Shown in pieces: positions 27,261 to 37,054 of a stretch of 51,018 nucleotides of DNA; positions within the stretch are counted from its first letter, which is position 1; every line of letters begins with the position of its first letter. Source of the DNA: an uncultured Lachnospiraceae bacterium (GTDB lineage: Bacteria; Bacillota; Clostridia; Oscillospirales; CAG-272). The translations under genes and the position numbers were made by a program. The notes beneath the pieces were generated by a model that was not told the origin of the DNA, ran no database searches, and saw nothing but the letters and a program-made list of their open reading frames with translations. The stretch spans positions 1 through 51,018 of the forward strand of contig CAYWVC010000003.1 in assembly GCA_964461635.1 (NCBI GenBank), written 5' to 3'.

Positions 27261-28604
27261 TCAACCCTTCTTTTCAGCAGAATATCTGGAGATAGACAGG
27301 ATCACTCCCATCTCGAATATCTGAACGGCAAGTGACGTGCCGCCCGAGCTGAAGAACGGCAACGAGACCCCCGTATTCGGTATCGAATTCGTCACGACCG
27401 CAACGTTAAGTATTACCTGAAGCGCAACCTTAAATGACAGCCCGTACGCAACAAGGCTAAGATATTTATCGGGGCAACGCGCCGCAATACGGAAGCCCCG
27501 CCACACGAGTATGCCGAACAGACCGAGCACAAGCGCCGCTCCGACGAAGCCGAGCTCCTCGCAGATGATCGTGAAGATAAAATCGTTCTGCGGCTGAGAG
27601 ACATACCCGGATTTCAGCAAGCTGTTTCCGAGTCCACGTCCGAAGAGTCCCCCGGAGCCGATCGCATCAAGTCCGTGCAGGGTCTGCCACGCGTCCCCCG
27701 TAGCATCGACCGAATCGGGGCTGAAGGTTATCGCAAGCCAGCTTGCCACGCGCTCCTGCGCATACGACGAAACGAGTATCAGCGTGAGAGCGGTAAAGCC
27801 GAGTATACCGATTATAAGGTATATCCACTTGCTTTGCGTTCCGCCGAGATACATAACGGCAAGCCCGATGAGCCCTATGATTATAACGCCCGAAATATGC
27901 CTTTCCAGCATAACGAGACCGCATATAAGACCAATGATTATGCCGGGCATCAAAACGCCCTTTTTGAAGCTGCCGCCGAAAACGTGCACCGACTTTATTT
28001 CCTTTTCGTAGTGGGACATATACAGTGCAAGCATCATAACGACAGCCATCTTCGCGATCTCTGACGGTTGGATCGTAAAAAAGCCGAACGAGATCCACCG
28101 CTGTGCTCCGCCGCCCGTGCTGCCTATTACCAAAACGAGCAACAGCAGTACGACGGACACGGCGTAGGCTCCGACACCGAACATACGCCAGAACCTCGGG
28201 GTGGCAATAAAGACGAAGAACGCCGTTATCATTACGCTTATCAGCGCGAAAAGCACGTACCTCTTTATAAAGTACGTACTGTCGTCGTACCTGTATTCGG
28301 CATACGCGTAGCTTGCCGAAAAAGACATCGCCGCACCGAAGGCTATAAGTGCAATCACCGTCAGCAAAAACTGATAATCAATAGATCCGCTGACGATCGC
28401 AGGTGCCTTGACCTCGGGTTGAGGCGTGATCGTCTCGGTAAAAATAATATCTTTTCTCGCGCGCTTATCCTCGTACCGATCAAGCGCCGTGCTTATCTTA
28501 TCCTTTATTCGTCGGAAAAAACTCTTGCGGGGCTGCCCCGAGTCTCCCCTGCCGTTGTTACCGTTATTCAATGTCAGCCAAGCCTCCCTTCGGCGAAGGA
28601 TCAA
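27261..28604 (-). CDS. ftsW: SEDS protein FtsW/SpoVE with about 75-aa N-terminal cytoplasmic extension
   Basis: 10-TM SEDS pattern, QPSEIAK motif and C-terminal SSGGTS. dcw position. Confidence 0.9.
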   Translation of the reverse strand: MILRRREAWLTLNNGNNGRGDSGQPRKSFFRRIKDKISTALDRYEDKRARKDIIFTETITPQPEVKAPAIVSGSIDYQFLLTVIALIAFGAAMSFSASYAYAEYRYDDSTYFIKRYVLFALISVMITAFFVFIATPRFWRMFGVGAYAVSVVLLLLVLVIGSTGGGAQRWISFGFFTIQPSEIAKMAVVMMLALYMSHYEKEIKSVHVFGGSFKKGVLMPGIIIGLICGLVMLERHISGVIIIGLIGLAVMYLGGTQSKWIYLIIGILGFTALTLILVSSYAQERVASWLAITFSPDSVDATGDAWQTLHGLDAIGSGGLFGRGLGNSLLKSGYVSQPQNDFIFTIICEELGFVGAALVLGLFGILVWRGFRIAARCPDKYLSLVAYGLSFKVALQVILNVAVVTNSIPNTGVSLPFFSSGGTSLAVQIFEMGVILSISRYSAEKKG

Positions 28605-28613
28605 GCCTCCGTG

Positions 28614-29648
28614 TTATATTGAGAACCACGCCGCTATGCAAAATACTGCCGTCAGCAATGAGAACACGCACACGATAGTGACCTCTCCCCACCCGCAACG
28701 CTCAAGGTGATGGTGGAACGGTGCCATCTTAAACAGCCGCTTTTTTCTTCCGGAGAGCTTGAACACTCCCACCTGAAGTATGACCGATATCGCCTCAAAG
28801 ACGTACACAAATCCGGCAACAAGGATCACGAGCGGTCGGTTGAGCATAAACGCCGCTCCGACCACGGCACCTCCGAGATAGAGCGAGCCGGTATCGCCCA
28901 TAAATATGCGCGCGGGATTCCAGTTGTACACGAGAAATCCGAGCGTGCCGCCGACCAAGCACGAGGAGAGCAGACTCAGTGACCTTCCCGCCTCGTGATT
29001 GTTTTTACAGATGGCGAATCCGAGCACCGAGAAAAAGCCGCCCACGACCGCGGTCACCGACGATGCAAGCCCGTCGATGCCGTCGGTAAGATTGACGCTG
29101 TTGACCACACCTGTAATAAGGATAAGCGCGATAACGTAATAGATCACGCGAAGCCAACCGTCAAGCGCGACCGTCACCTTCACGAACGGAATAAAGAGCT
29201 CTGTGCTTATATTTCCCGTCAAGGTCATAACGATCAGATAGATCGCAGCCACAACAAGCTGAAGCAGATACTTCTGATATGCCTTCAACCCCTCGTTCTG
29301 CTTTTTCAGCAGCTTACAATAATCGTCAATGAAGCCGATCATTCCGTTTGCCACCGCAAGCCCGAGTCCGAGTGCCAACGGCACGAGCTCGTCGACCGTG
29401 CCGCGTATCCACGACACGATGCTTATGATCAGCATCACGATAAGCGTTGCCAATATAAAGCCGATGCCGCCCATAACGGGAGTCCCCTCCTTGCTCTTGT
29501 GCCAACGGGGACCTATATCCTTTATCGGTTGACCGAGCTTACGGCTCTTCAATACGGGTATAATAAATCGTAACAGCACAACGGTCAGCACAAATACCGA
29601 TACCAAAGCTATCATATATTCCGTAAACATCGCCCAATCCATAGTCAT
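28614..29648 (-). CDS. mraY: phospho-N-acetylmuramoyl-pentapeptide transferase
   Basis: Motifs NLTDGIDGLA, MGDTGSL and APFHHH. Confidence 0.97.
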   Translation of the reverse strand: MTMDWAMFTEYMIALVSVFVLTVVLLRFIIPVLKSRKLGQPIKDIGPRWHKSKEGTPVMGGIGFILATLIVMLIISIVSWIRGTVDELVPLALGLGLAVANGMIGFIDDYCKLLKKQNEGLKAYQKYLLQLVVAAIYLIVMTLTGNISTELFIPFVKVTVALDGWLRVIYYVIALILITGVVNSVNLTDGIDGLASSVTAVVGGFFSVLGFAICKNNHEAGRSLSLLSSCLVGGTLGFLVYNWNPARIFMGDTGSLYLGGAVVGAAFMLNRPLVILVAGFVYVFEAISVILQVGVFKLSGRKKRLFKMAPFHHHLERCGWGEVTIVCVFSLLTAVFCIAAWFSI

Positions 29649-31045
29649 ATCCTTCCCTTCAATATCTCAATAACTCTTTCAGCCGCAACACCTCGGCTTG
29701 CCTTGACAAGCAAAACGTCCCCGTCGCGCAGCAGCGAGAGAAGAGCCTCCGCCGCCGCATTAACGTCGTCCACGTTTTCGATCCTAACGGTATCGACAAT
29801 GCCCGCACCGTCGGCAATACATCCCGCAAGCTCACCAAGGGTCACCAGAGCCGAAAGCCCCACCTTCCCCGCGTGTCTGCCCACTCGCTCGTGAAGCTCA
29901 CGCTCCGACGGTCCGAGCTCAAGCATATTACCGAGCAAGGCGACCGTGCGGCCCGAGCCGCGCCCGTCGGCGATAAGACGCATAACGTCAAGCGCCGCCG
30001 CCATTGATTCGGGGCTTGCGTTGTAGCAATCCTCGATCACTGTAACGTTGCCAAGCTCATATATATTCTGCCTCATTCCGGGACTTATAAAGCCCGAAAG
30101 TCCGACGCGTATATCCCCGTCCGCCGATCCGCAGATCCGCGCCGCCGCATATCCGAATGCCGCCGCGCGCACATTATGCGCTCCCACCGTCGGAATAACT
30201 ATATTGCGTGCGCACTCACCGCGGTATATAAGATCAAAGATACTTTTTGCTCCCTCGGTGCGCACGTTGCAAACTCTTGCGTCACACGAATCGGCAAAGC
30301 CGACGGTAAGGCTTTTTACCCCGGTGCGGTATTCGCACAGGAATTCATCGTCTCCGTTAAGGAGCAAGATCCCGTCGGGACTCATTCCCTCCGTTATCTC
30401 ATACTTTGCCTCGCGTATATTTTCCCGCGTTCCGAGCTTCTCAAGGTGCGACGAGCCTATATTGGTGATGATCGCCACGTCGGGTCTCGCCGCCCGCGAC
30501 ATCATCGAAATTTCTCCCCTGCCGCTCATTCCCATTTCAAGGACGGCAAGCGAAAAGTCCTCCGGCATCTCCATAACCGACAGCGGGAATCCAACGGTGC
30601 TGTTATAGTTTCCGACCGTGCGGTAAACCGACCGATCTCCGAGCGCCGCCGCGACGAACTCCTTCGTCGTGGTTTTTCCGACGCTCCCGGTGATCGCTAT
30701 TATTTTTCCGCGTCGCCCGAGCAGTGAGGCTCCGGCAAGCAGATTGAGTGCCCGCACAGTGTCGTCGACAACGACAAATGCCATATCGCGCTCTGCTCCG
30801 TCCGGTATCCGCTCACAAAGCACCCAACGGCAACCGAGACAGTGCGCCGCCGAAATATAATTATGCCCGTCCACCCGTTCGCCGCGTATCGCGGCGAAGA
30901 GGCTCCCTGCCTCCGCCTCGCGGGAGTCGGTGCAAACCGAGCGTATCTCCCCCGGGTCGCCCTCGGGCATTATAACGCGCCAGCCGTAAAGCTCGGCGCA
31001 TCTCCGTATCGGCAAGCTCCTGCCGTTTCCAAGAGTTATTTTCAT
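29645..31045 (-). CDS. murF: UDP-N-acetylmuramoyl-tripeptide--D-alanyl-D-alanine ligase
   Basis: DSREAEAGSLFAAIRGERVDGH and GSVGKTTTKE. ATG at 31045 is preferred, because the TTG at 31135 would overlap murE by 53 nt. Confidence 0.9.
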   Translation of the reverse strand: MKITLGNGRSLPIRRCAELYGWRVIMPEGDPGEIRSVCTDSREAEAGSLFAAIRGERVDGHNYISAAHCLGCRWVLCERIPDGAERDMAFVVVDDTVRALNLLAGASLLGRRGKIIAITGSVGKTTTKEFVAAALGDRSVYRTVGNYNSTVGFPLSVMEMPEDFSLAVLEMGMSGRGEISMMSRAARPDVAIITNIGSSHLEKLGTRENIREAKYEITEGMSPDGILLLNGDDEFLCEYRTGVKSLTVGFADSCDARVCNVRTEGAKSIFDLIYRGECARNIVIPTVGAHNVRAAAFGYAAARICGSADGDIRVGLSGFISPGMRQNIYELGNVTVIEDCYNASPESMAAALDVMRLIADGRGSGRTVALLGNMLELGPSERELHERVGRHAGKVGLSALVTLGELAGCIADGAGIVDTVRIENVDDVNAAAEALLSLLRDGDVLLVKASRGVAAERVIEILKGRI

Positions 31046-31082
31046 TAAAACGTGCCGCGGCGCCTGACGGCAAATAAGCCGA

Positions 31083-32564
31083 CTAAGCCTTTTCCTTTCC
31101 CTCGGGGTCAAAATGCCCGTTGCTTCTCTTTTCAAACGCCCGCCTCACAAGCAACACCTCATCAAACGGGTGCTTGCCCGAAGCGGTTATCTCATATTTT
31201 TCGTGTCCCTTGCCCGCAAGGATTATAACGTCCCCCGCGCGCGCAGTGCCTACCGCGTATTCTATCGCCGATCTCCGATCGGGAATAACGACCGCGTCGC
31301 GCGTGGCATCTACTCCCGCGGCAATATCTTCAATTATAGCGTCGGGTGATTCGCTCCTCGGGTTATCCGAAGTAATCACGGTAAGATCGGCAAGGCGCGA
31401 GGCGATCGCCCCCATCTCGCTTCGCTTCCCGCGATCGCGGTCACCGCCGCACCCGAACACCGCTATCAATCGCCCGCCGTTGACGAAACTGCGAGCGCTG
31501 AGGAGCACGTTCTCCAAGGCATCCGGCGTGTGTGCATAGTCTATATAAACCCGAAAATCCGCGTTCTCCGGAAGAACGCTCTCCATTCGCCCGGAAACCG
31601 TCTTAAGCGCACTTATTCCCCGCGCGATATCGTCGGGAGCAAAGCCGAGCAAAAGTGCCGCCGCTACCGCCTGTAAGGTGTTCATCACCGAAAAGCCCCC
31701 GCTCATACGCGTCTCGAGCTTGAATCTGCCGTAATCCGAGGAAACGCGGTAACGGTATCCCCCGCCGGACAACTGTTCTATCCTGTCGGCAAAGAAGTCC
31801 GCGCCGATCGTGACGGAACAGCGCAACGTATCATTGCCGAAGGCATACGAGGACGCGTCGTCCGCATTGACAAGGAAACGGTCGCAAAGCCCGCGAAGCC
31901 GAGCCTTGGCATTCAGATATTCTTCAGCCGTTCCGTGAAAATCAAGGTGATCGCGCGTGAGATTGGTAAAAATCCCGACGTCAAACCGAAGCGCATCCGT
32001 CTTTTTCATTGCCAAAGCGTGCGACGATACCTCAGTAAACACGTACTCGGCACCCGCCGTTGCCATACGCGAAAGCACGGGATAAAGCACCTCGGGATCT
32101 GGGGTGGTCATATTTCCCTCTCCCGGGAGACGAGCTAAGCGCCCCGAGCTGTCGTAAATTTCACAGCCGAGAGTCCCGACGCTGCCGCACGGTCTGCCCG
32201 CCGCAAGCGCGATGGATCGAAGGAGCGACACCACCGTGGTCTTGCCGTTCGTTCCCGTCACACCGACGAGCCGCAAGCGGTCTATTCCCGAGCCGTAAAA
32301 CGCACGGCACAGGTGTGCCAACGCCAAGCGCGCATCCGAGCACCGAAGGTCACCCCGGTCCCCCTCGGACAGAACGAGAAGTGCGCCGCGAGCTCTTGCT
32401 TGCGCAATAAAATCCTCGCCGTTTCGCTTCGTCCCGCGCAAAGCCACGAAAAGCCCGCCGGGCACGATCTCCTCCGAAACCGACGTTACCTGCGTAATTT
32501 CAACGTCCGTGCCGATCGCGGGGAAAGGCATCCCCGCCCGCGCAAAAAGCTCCGACAATCTCAT
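31083..32564 (-). CDS. murE: UDP-N-acetylmuramoyl-L-alanyl-D-glutamate--2,6-diaminopimelate ligase
   Basis: GVTGTNGKTT P-loop. The DNPR motif (ITSDNPRSE) indicates meso-DAP specificity. Confidence 0.95.
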   Translation of the reverse strand: MRLSELFARAGMPFPAIGTDVEITQVTSVSEEIVPGGLFVALRGTKRNGEDFIAQARARGALLVLSEGDRGDLRCSDARLALAHLCRAFYGSGIDRLRLVGVTGTNGKTTVVSLLRSIALAAGRPCGSVGTLGCEIYDSSGRLARLPGEGNMTTPDPEVLYPVLSRMATAGAEYVFTEVSSHALAMKKTDALRFDVGIFTNLTRDHLDFHGTAEEYLNAKARLRGLCDRFLVNADDASSYAFGNDTLRCSVTIGADFFADRIEQLSGGGYRYRVSSDYGRFKLETRMSGGFSVMNTLQAVAAALLLGFAPDDIARGISALKTVSGRMESVLPENADFRVYIDYAHTPDALENVLLSARSFVNGGRLIAVFGCGGDRDRGKRSEMGAIASRLADLTVITSDNPRSESPDAIIEDIAAGVDATRDAVVIPDRRSAIEYAVGTARAGDVIILAGKGHEKYEITASGKHPFDEVLLVRRAFEKRSNGHFDPEGKEKA

Positions 32565-32601
32565 ATTAATCCCCCGCCGCTCTGCGGCAGATCGGAATAC
32601 G

Positions 32602-34941
32602 CTAACCTACCCCGCCGGCATCCACAAACGGATCGTATTCGGTATCGGAGTCGCTTTCCGAATCAAAATAAAGAGTTATAACACTTCCTTTTTCAAGTAT
32701 GGTCCCCGCCTCGACCGACTGCACCTTAACGGTTGCGGTCGTGCTGTTCTTGTAATACGACGAGCCGACGATAACGACGTTAAAGCCCTTATTTATCAGC
32801 GTCTTATTAGCCGCCGCGGCGGTCATACCCACGAGCTTTGGCACCGTCTCCACGTTCCCGTCGCGAAGGCTCGAATCGGTATAAAGGATCACCTTTGAAC
32901 CCGCGTCCTTGACGTAAGTGCCCGCGGCGGGATTCTGCGAATGTATTATCCTTCCGCTTCCGACTATCTCGTACTCGATATCGTAATCCTCGATATTATT
33001 TATCACCGCCGACACCGACCAGCCGACAAAGCTCGGAACGCGGCGGTTAATATTATCCTTTTCGCTGTCGGAATACTTTGCTTCCACCCCGAGAGCCGGC
33101 AGGATCTGTTGCATCAGCTCCTGCATATACGGCGCCGCAACGGTACTGCCGTACGTACTGCCGCAGGAGGGATCGGGCTCGTCACACATAAAGAATGCCG
33201 TAGCCACCGGCTTTTCGGCAGGCGCAAAAGCCATAACCGATCCGATGCGAAGGTCCTTGTCATCTCCGACCTTCTCCGACGTTCCCGTCTTGGCGGCAAC
33301 GCGGTATCCCGGAACGTAGCAATTCTTTCCGCCGTAGCCGCCCGACACACATTCCTCAAGCACCTCGCGCAGGATCGTGCACGTAGCCTCGCTTGCCACC
33401 TCACGCACGACGACCGTGCCGTGAGAATAGGTAACCACGTTATCCTTGTCAACGACCTTGCTTACTACGAAGGGCTGAAGGAGCTTTCCGCCGTTGACTA
33501 TCGCGTTCTCAGCCGTAATATGCTGTATCGCGGTGATCTTAAAGTTCTGACCGAACGCCGACGTTGCAAGCTCTACCGTGTTGAGGTTATCGTACGAGTG
33601 CATAATGCTCGTGCCCTCGCCGGGGAGGTCGATCCCGGTCTTTGACAGATAGCCGTACGCCTTGAAAGCGTTATAGAAATTATCTCTGCCGATGTCAAGC
33701 CCGATATTGATAAAGGTAACGTTGCAGGAATTCATCAGCCCCTCCGCAAAGTTTTGCGCATGGTGCTTTGAATGACAGTGTATCAAGACCCCGCCAACCC
33801 TCGTGGAGCCGAGGTTTCCCGATCCCTCGCAGGTGCATCTCGAATCGGTCGCGTAAACGTCGGTAACGACGTTATTTTCAAGCGCCATAGCGGACGTCAC
33901 CATCTTGAAGGTCGAACCGGGGATAAACGCCTCCGTGATCGCCTTGTTCGCCCACATCTTCTGGCGAAGCTCGGACTGCTTCTCCACGTACGCATCGTCA
34001 CCGATCAGCAAGCCGTTTTCGGTCGCGTACTCATCAAGCTGCTCCTGATAGTAATCCACGAGGGTCCACGGTGAGTTGAGATCGAAGGCGGGAGCGGTCG
34101 ACATTGCCAATATGCCGCCGGTATAAGGATCCATAACTATACCGCACACGCCGTTCCGTGAGCCGGTATTTATTAATGACTGATTGCATTGCTCATCCAG
34201 CGCAAGCTGAATATCAACGTCTATCGTCGTATATATATCGCAGCCGTCGATGGCGGCAACGTAAGTCTCGTAGTCGTATTCCATCTCCTGACCGTACGCA
34301 TCGTAGGTCTTGAGTATCTTTCCGTCGGTGCCCGAAAGCACGTCGTTATACTGATATTCAAGCCCGTAAAGTCCCTCTCCGTCGGCGTTGCAAAAGCCGA
34401 TAACGTGACAGGCGAGCGTACCGTAAGGATAAGCCCTTACGCTCCCGACTCCGAGATGCACCTGATTTGACAGATCGTTCTCGGTGATAAAGGCAACTAT
34501 ACTGTCGTATATGTCATCATCCACTATATTCTTAAGTATCGTGCGGTCAAGCTTATCGGTATACGTCGCCTCGTGCAGGACCTTCTCGTAATACTCATCC
34601 CCAAGGATCCGTGCGAGTCCCTCGGCGATCATCTCCGCCTGGGTCTTTCCGTCATCCTTGCGCTCCTCCTGAGCCGCCTCTATATCCCGCGGAGAAATAA
34701 AGAGTCTGTACGCAGTGCGATTGTATGCAAGGATCTTTCCGTTGCGGTCGTAGATGGTACCGCGCTTCGCCTTTACCGAGCTTTCCGTCGTGATCTCGTC
34801 CCGCACCTTAGTCTGATATTTCCCGTAGCTCACGGTTTGAAGTATCAGTATGCGAAGGAGCAGCAGCGCACCTGCCGCGGCAAGTATTACGGCGATCACA
34901 GCCGTACGCTTCGGGACGTTCATTCGCTTTTTTCCGAGCAT
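32602..34941 (-). CDS. class B penicillin-binding protein (FtsI/PBP2B/SpoVD type) with two PASTA domains
   Basis: N-terminal TM, dimerisation domain, the STFK, SCN and KTGT motifs, and two C-terminal PASTA repeats. Confidence 0.93.
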   Translation of the reverse strand: MLGKKRMNVPKRTAVIAVILAAAGALLLLRILILQTVSYGKYQTKVRDEITTESSVKAKRGTIYDRNGKILAYNRTAYRLFISPRDIEAAQEERKDDGKTQAEMIAEGLARILGDEYYEKVLHEATYTDKLDRTILKNIVDDDIYDSIVAFITENDLSNQVHLGVGSVRAYPYGTLACHVIGFCNADGEGLYGLEYQYNDVLSGTDGKILKTYDAYGQEMEYDYETYVAAIDGCDIYTTIDVDIQLALDEQCNQSLINTGSRNGVCGIVMDPYTGGILAMSTAPAFDLNSPWTLVDYYQEQLDEYATENGLLIGDDAYVEKQSELRQKMWANKAITEAFIPGSTFKMVTSAMALENNVVTDVYATDSRCTCEGSGNLGSTRVGGVLIHCHSKHHAQNFAEGLMNSCNVTFINIGLDIGRDNFYNAFKAYGYLSKTGIDLPGEGTSIMHSYDNLNTVELATSAFGQNFKITAIQHITAENAIVNGGKLLQPFVVSKVVDKDNVVTYSHGTVVVREVASEATCTILREVLEECVSGGYGGKNCYVPGYRVAAKTGTSEKVGDDKDLRIGSVMAFAPAEKPVATAFFMCDEPDPSCGSTYGSTVAAPYMQELMQQILPALGVEAKYSDSEKDNINRRVPSFVGWSVSAVINNIEDYDIEYEIVGSGRIIHSQNPAAGTYVKDAGSKVILYTDSSLRDGNVETVPKLVGMTAAAANKTLINKGFNVVIVGSSYYKNSTTATVKVQSVEAGTILEKGSVITLYFDSESDSDTEYDPFVDAGGVG

Positions 34942-35147
34942 AAGCAGCTCCTTCCTGATTTTAAAAAATGAACGGCGCAGAGACCCGGACGCCGATACAC
35001 GGATGGGCCGCCGTGTATCAGCTCCGTGAGCTCAGGCCTGTATTGCTGTCAACAGGCACGAGCCCTGCTCTTCACCGTTCCTCATTGCTGATATTACCGG
35101 TTACGCATATTCACACATATTATATTATTTTTGTGTGTGAATTATTC

Positions 35148-36080
35148 TCAACCGCCGTAAATGGCGCTGAGCAACGAGGCAAAGCCCTCGCCGCCGTCAT
35201 TTGTCACCGCGTAAACGTCATCGTTCTCCCGCGCCGGCAGATAAACGGCCGAAACGTAATCCATTCTGATCATACCGAGCTTTTCCTCGGCATACGTGCT
35301 TATCATAACAAGGTCATCCTTCTTGACAAGCTCTTCCTCAAGCTGAAGCCTTTCTGCCTCAAGCGCCTTTATCTCCGACTTGAGCGATGCGACCTCGCTC
35401 TGCGAATCGCTGCTCATAACCGTCGTTCCGACGATCATCGACATCGCCGCCGCAACCGATACGAGAAAACCTATCATAGCGACGGGCACGTTTTTCTTCT
35501 TCTTCGGTTCGTTGCTTCTCTTCTCTCCGTCGGTGGCGAACCAAGTGGCAAAGAGTTTGGCAACCCGCCCCTTGATCTTCCCCGTCGTCTTTGTTGCCGG
35601 CATAATTATCGTGTCGGCTTGGGGGTCGTGCCTCTGTGCCCGATGTGCCGAATGGGTAGCATACGCCGCCGCCCCCGATGCGGGAGCTCTGCGCTCTGCA
35701 ACGCCCGCCGATGCGGTTCCCTCGGTACGGGGCGTCGCCGGAGCGGGATTCTGCGCGCGGGATTTCTTGAATTCGCGCGTATTTACCGACGGCTTGTGGG
35801 GAACGTAGATCTCCCCCGCCTCTGTTCTGTGAGTCTTGTATTTTTCAAGGAAGTCACCGGTAGTCATATACTTTTTGCCGTTGTACTCCCCTGTGCGGAA
35901 GCGTGCCGAAATCTCGCCGCGATCCATTCTCGCGACGAAATAAGCATTGGGGGCTTCACGCTCCGAGGTGATCTGACGGTCCGCCTCGGCTTTTGCATTG
36001 GCGGCGGCACCTCTGCCCTTGAATTTATTGCAGAGCTGGTTCACAGAAGCTCCGTATCCGTTTTTCTCGCGTGCAGCCAT
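35148..36080 (-). CDS. ftsL: FtsL-like division protein with a 197-aa N-terminal cytoplasmic extension
   Basis: AAAGGGGGA RBS before the ATG at 36080. TM at residues 198-222, followed by a coiled coil (SLKSEIKALEAERLQLEEEL) and an FtsL-like tail. Canonical slot between rsmH and pbp. Confidence 0.6.
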   Translation of the reverse strand: MAAREKNGYGASVNQLCNKFKGRGAAANAKAEADRQITSEREAPNAYFVARMDRGEISARFRTGEYNGKKYMTTGDFLEKYKTHRTEAGEIYVPHKPSVNTREFKKSRAQNPAPATPRTEGTASAGVAERRAPASGAAAYATHSAHRAQRHDPQADTIIMPATKTTGKIKGRVAKLFATWFATDGEKRSNEPKKKKNVPVAMIGFLVSVAAAMSMIVGTTVMSSDSQSEVASLKSEIKALEAERLQLEEELVKKDDLVMISTYAEEKLGMIRMDYVSAVYLPARENDDVYAVTNDGGEGFASLLSAIYGG

Positions 36081-36100
36081 GCCGCATCCCCCTTTTCACG

Positions 36101-37048
36101 TCATAGTTTTTCGGCGATCCTCACCTTTGCGCTCCGTGAGCGCGGATTCTTCTCTATTTCGCCCTCGCTCGGGAGCAAGGGCTTCTTGGTTATAAGCTTA
36201 AGTATAGGCTTCCGTCCGCAAACGCAGACCGGAAGCTCCCTCGGGCAGATACAGCCCGTCGCAAGATCGGAAAAGGTCTGCTTGACTATCCGATCCTCCA
36301 AGGAATGAAACGTTATTATCACTATCCTGCCGCCGGGATTGAGCATATCCGCCGCATCGCGTATCGTCGGTTCTATCGCGGCAAGCTCCCCGTTCACCTC
36401 TATACGGATAGCCTGAAAGCTCCGTTTGGCGGGATGATGCCCTCCGACCTTCGCCGAGCCGGGCATTGCAAGTTTTATGATATCCACGAGCTCGCCCGTC
36501 GTACGTATCGGAGCGTTCTCTCTCGCGCGCACTATTGCCGCGGCGATCCGCGGCGCAAATCTTTCTTCGCCGTATTCGAATAGGATGCGCTTCAGCTCGC
36601 TCTCCGAATATCCGTTGACAACATCGTACGCAGTCAGCACATCGTCCTGCGACATCCTCATATCAAGCGGAGCATCCGCCATATACGAGAACCCGCGCTC
36701 GGGCGTGTCGAGCTGATACGACGACACTCCGAGGTCAAGCAAAAGTCCGTCTATTTTCTGCACGCCGAGGTCCGAACAGACACGGCGCAATTCCCTGTAA
36801 TTGTTGCGGGCAAGCCTCACTCTGTCGACGAAGCCCTCAAGCCGCTTGCCCGCAGCCCGGATCGCGGCTGAATCGCGATCTATCGCTATCAGTTCCCCTC
36901 CGATAAGGCGTTCGGCGATCAGATAAGAGTGACCGCCGCCCCCAGCCGTACCGTCCACGATGATCCCTCCCGGACGAATGTTAAGTCCCTCTATACATTC
37001 ATCCGGCATGACCGGGCTATGTGAAAAAACAATATTATCCTCGTTCAT
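36101..37048 (-). CDS. rsmH: 16S rRNA (cytosine1402-N4)-methyltransferase
   Basis: HSPVMPDE...DGTAGGGGHS and DLGVSSYQLD motifs. Confidence 0.96.
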   Translation of the reverse strand: MNEDNIVFSHSPVMPDECIEGLNIRPGGIIVDGTAGGGGHSYLIAERLIGGELIAIDRDSAAIRAAGKRLEGFVDRVRLARNNYRELRRVCSDLGVQKIDGLLLDLGVSSYQLDTPERGFSYMADAPLDMRMSQDDVLTAYDVVNGYSESELKRILFEYGEERFAPRIAAAIVRARENAPIRTTGELVDIIKLAMPGSAKVGGHHPAKRSFQAIRIEVNGELAAIEPTIRDAADMLNPGGRIVIITFHSLEDRIVKQTFSDLATGCICPRELPVCVCGRKPILKLITKKPLLPSEGEIEKNPRSRSAKVRIAEKL

Positions 37049-37054
37049 CTGTCT

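Noticed and set aside
31046-31135. TTG-initiated extension of murF overlapping murE by 53 nt
   Set aside because: The extension is basic and low-complexity with no MurF similarity. ATG at 31045 gives a normal-length MurF. The start remains somewhat uncertain because neither candidate has a strong RBS.
34968-36308. 446-aa plus-strand ORF antisense to the ftsL-like gene and rsmH
   Set aside because: It has an Arg/Cys/Ser/Leu-rich composition typical of antisense frames in GC-rich coding DNA. It has no RBS and overlaps two well-supported genes in the conserved dcw order.
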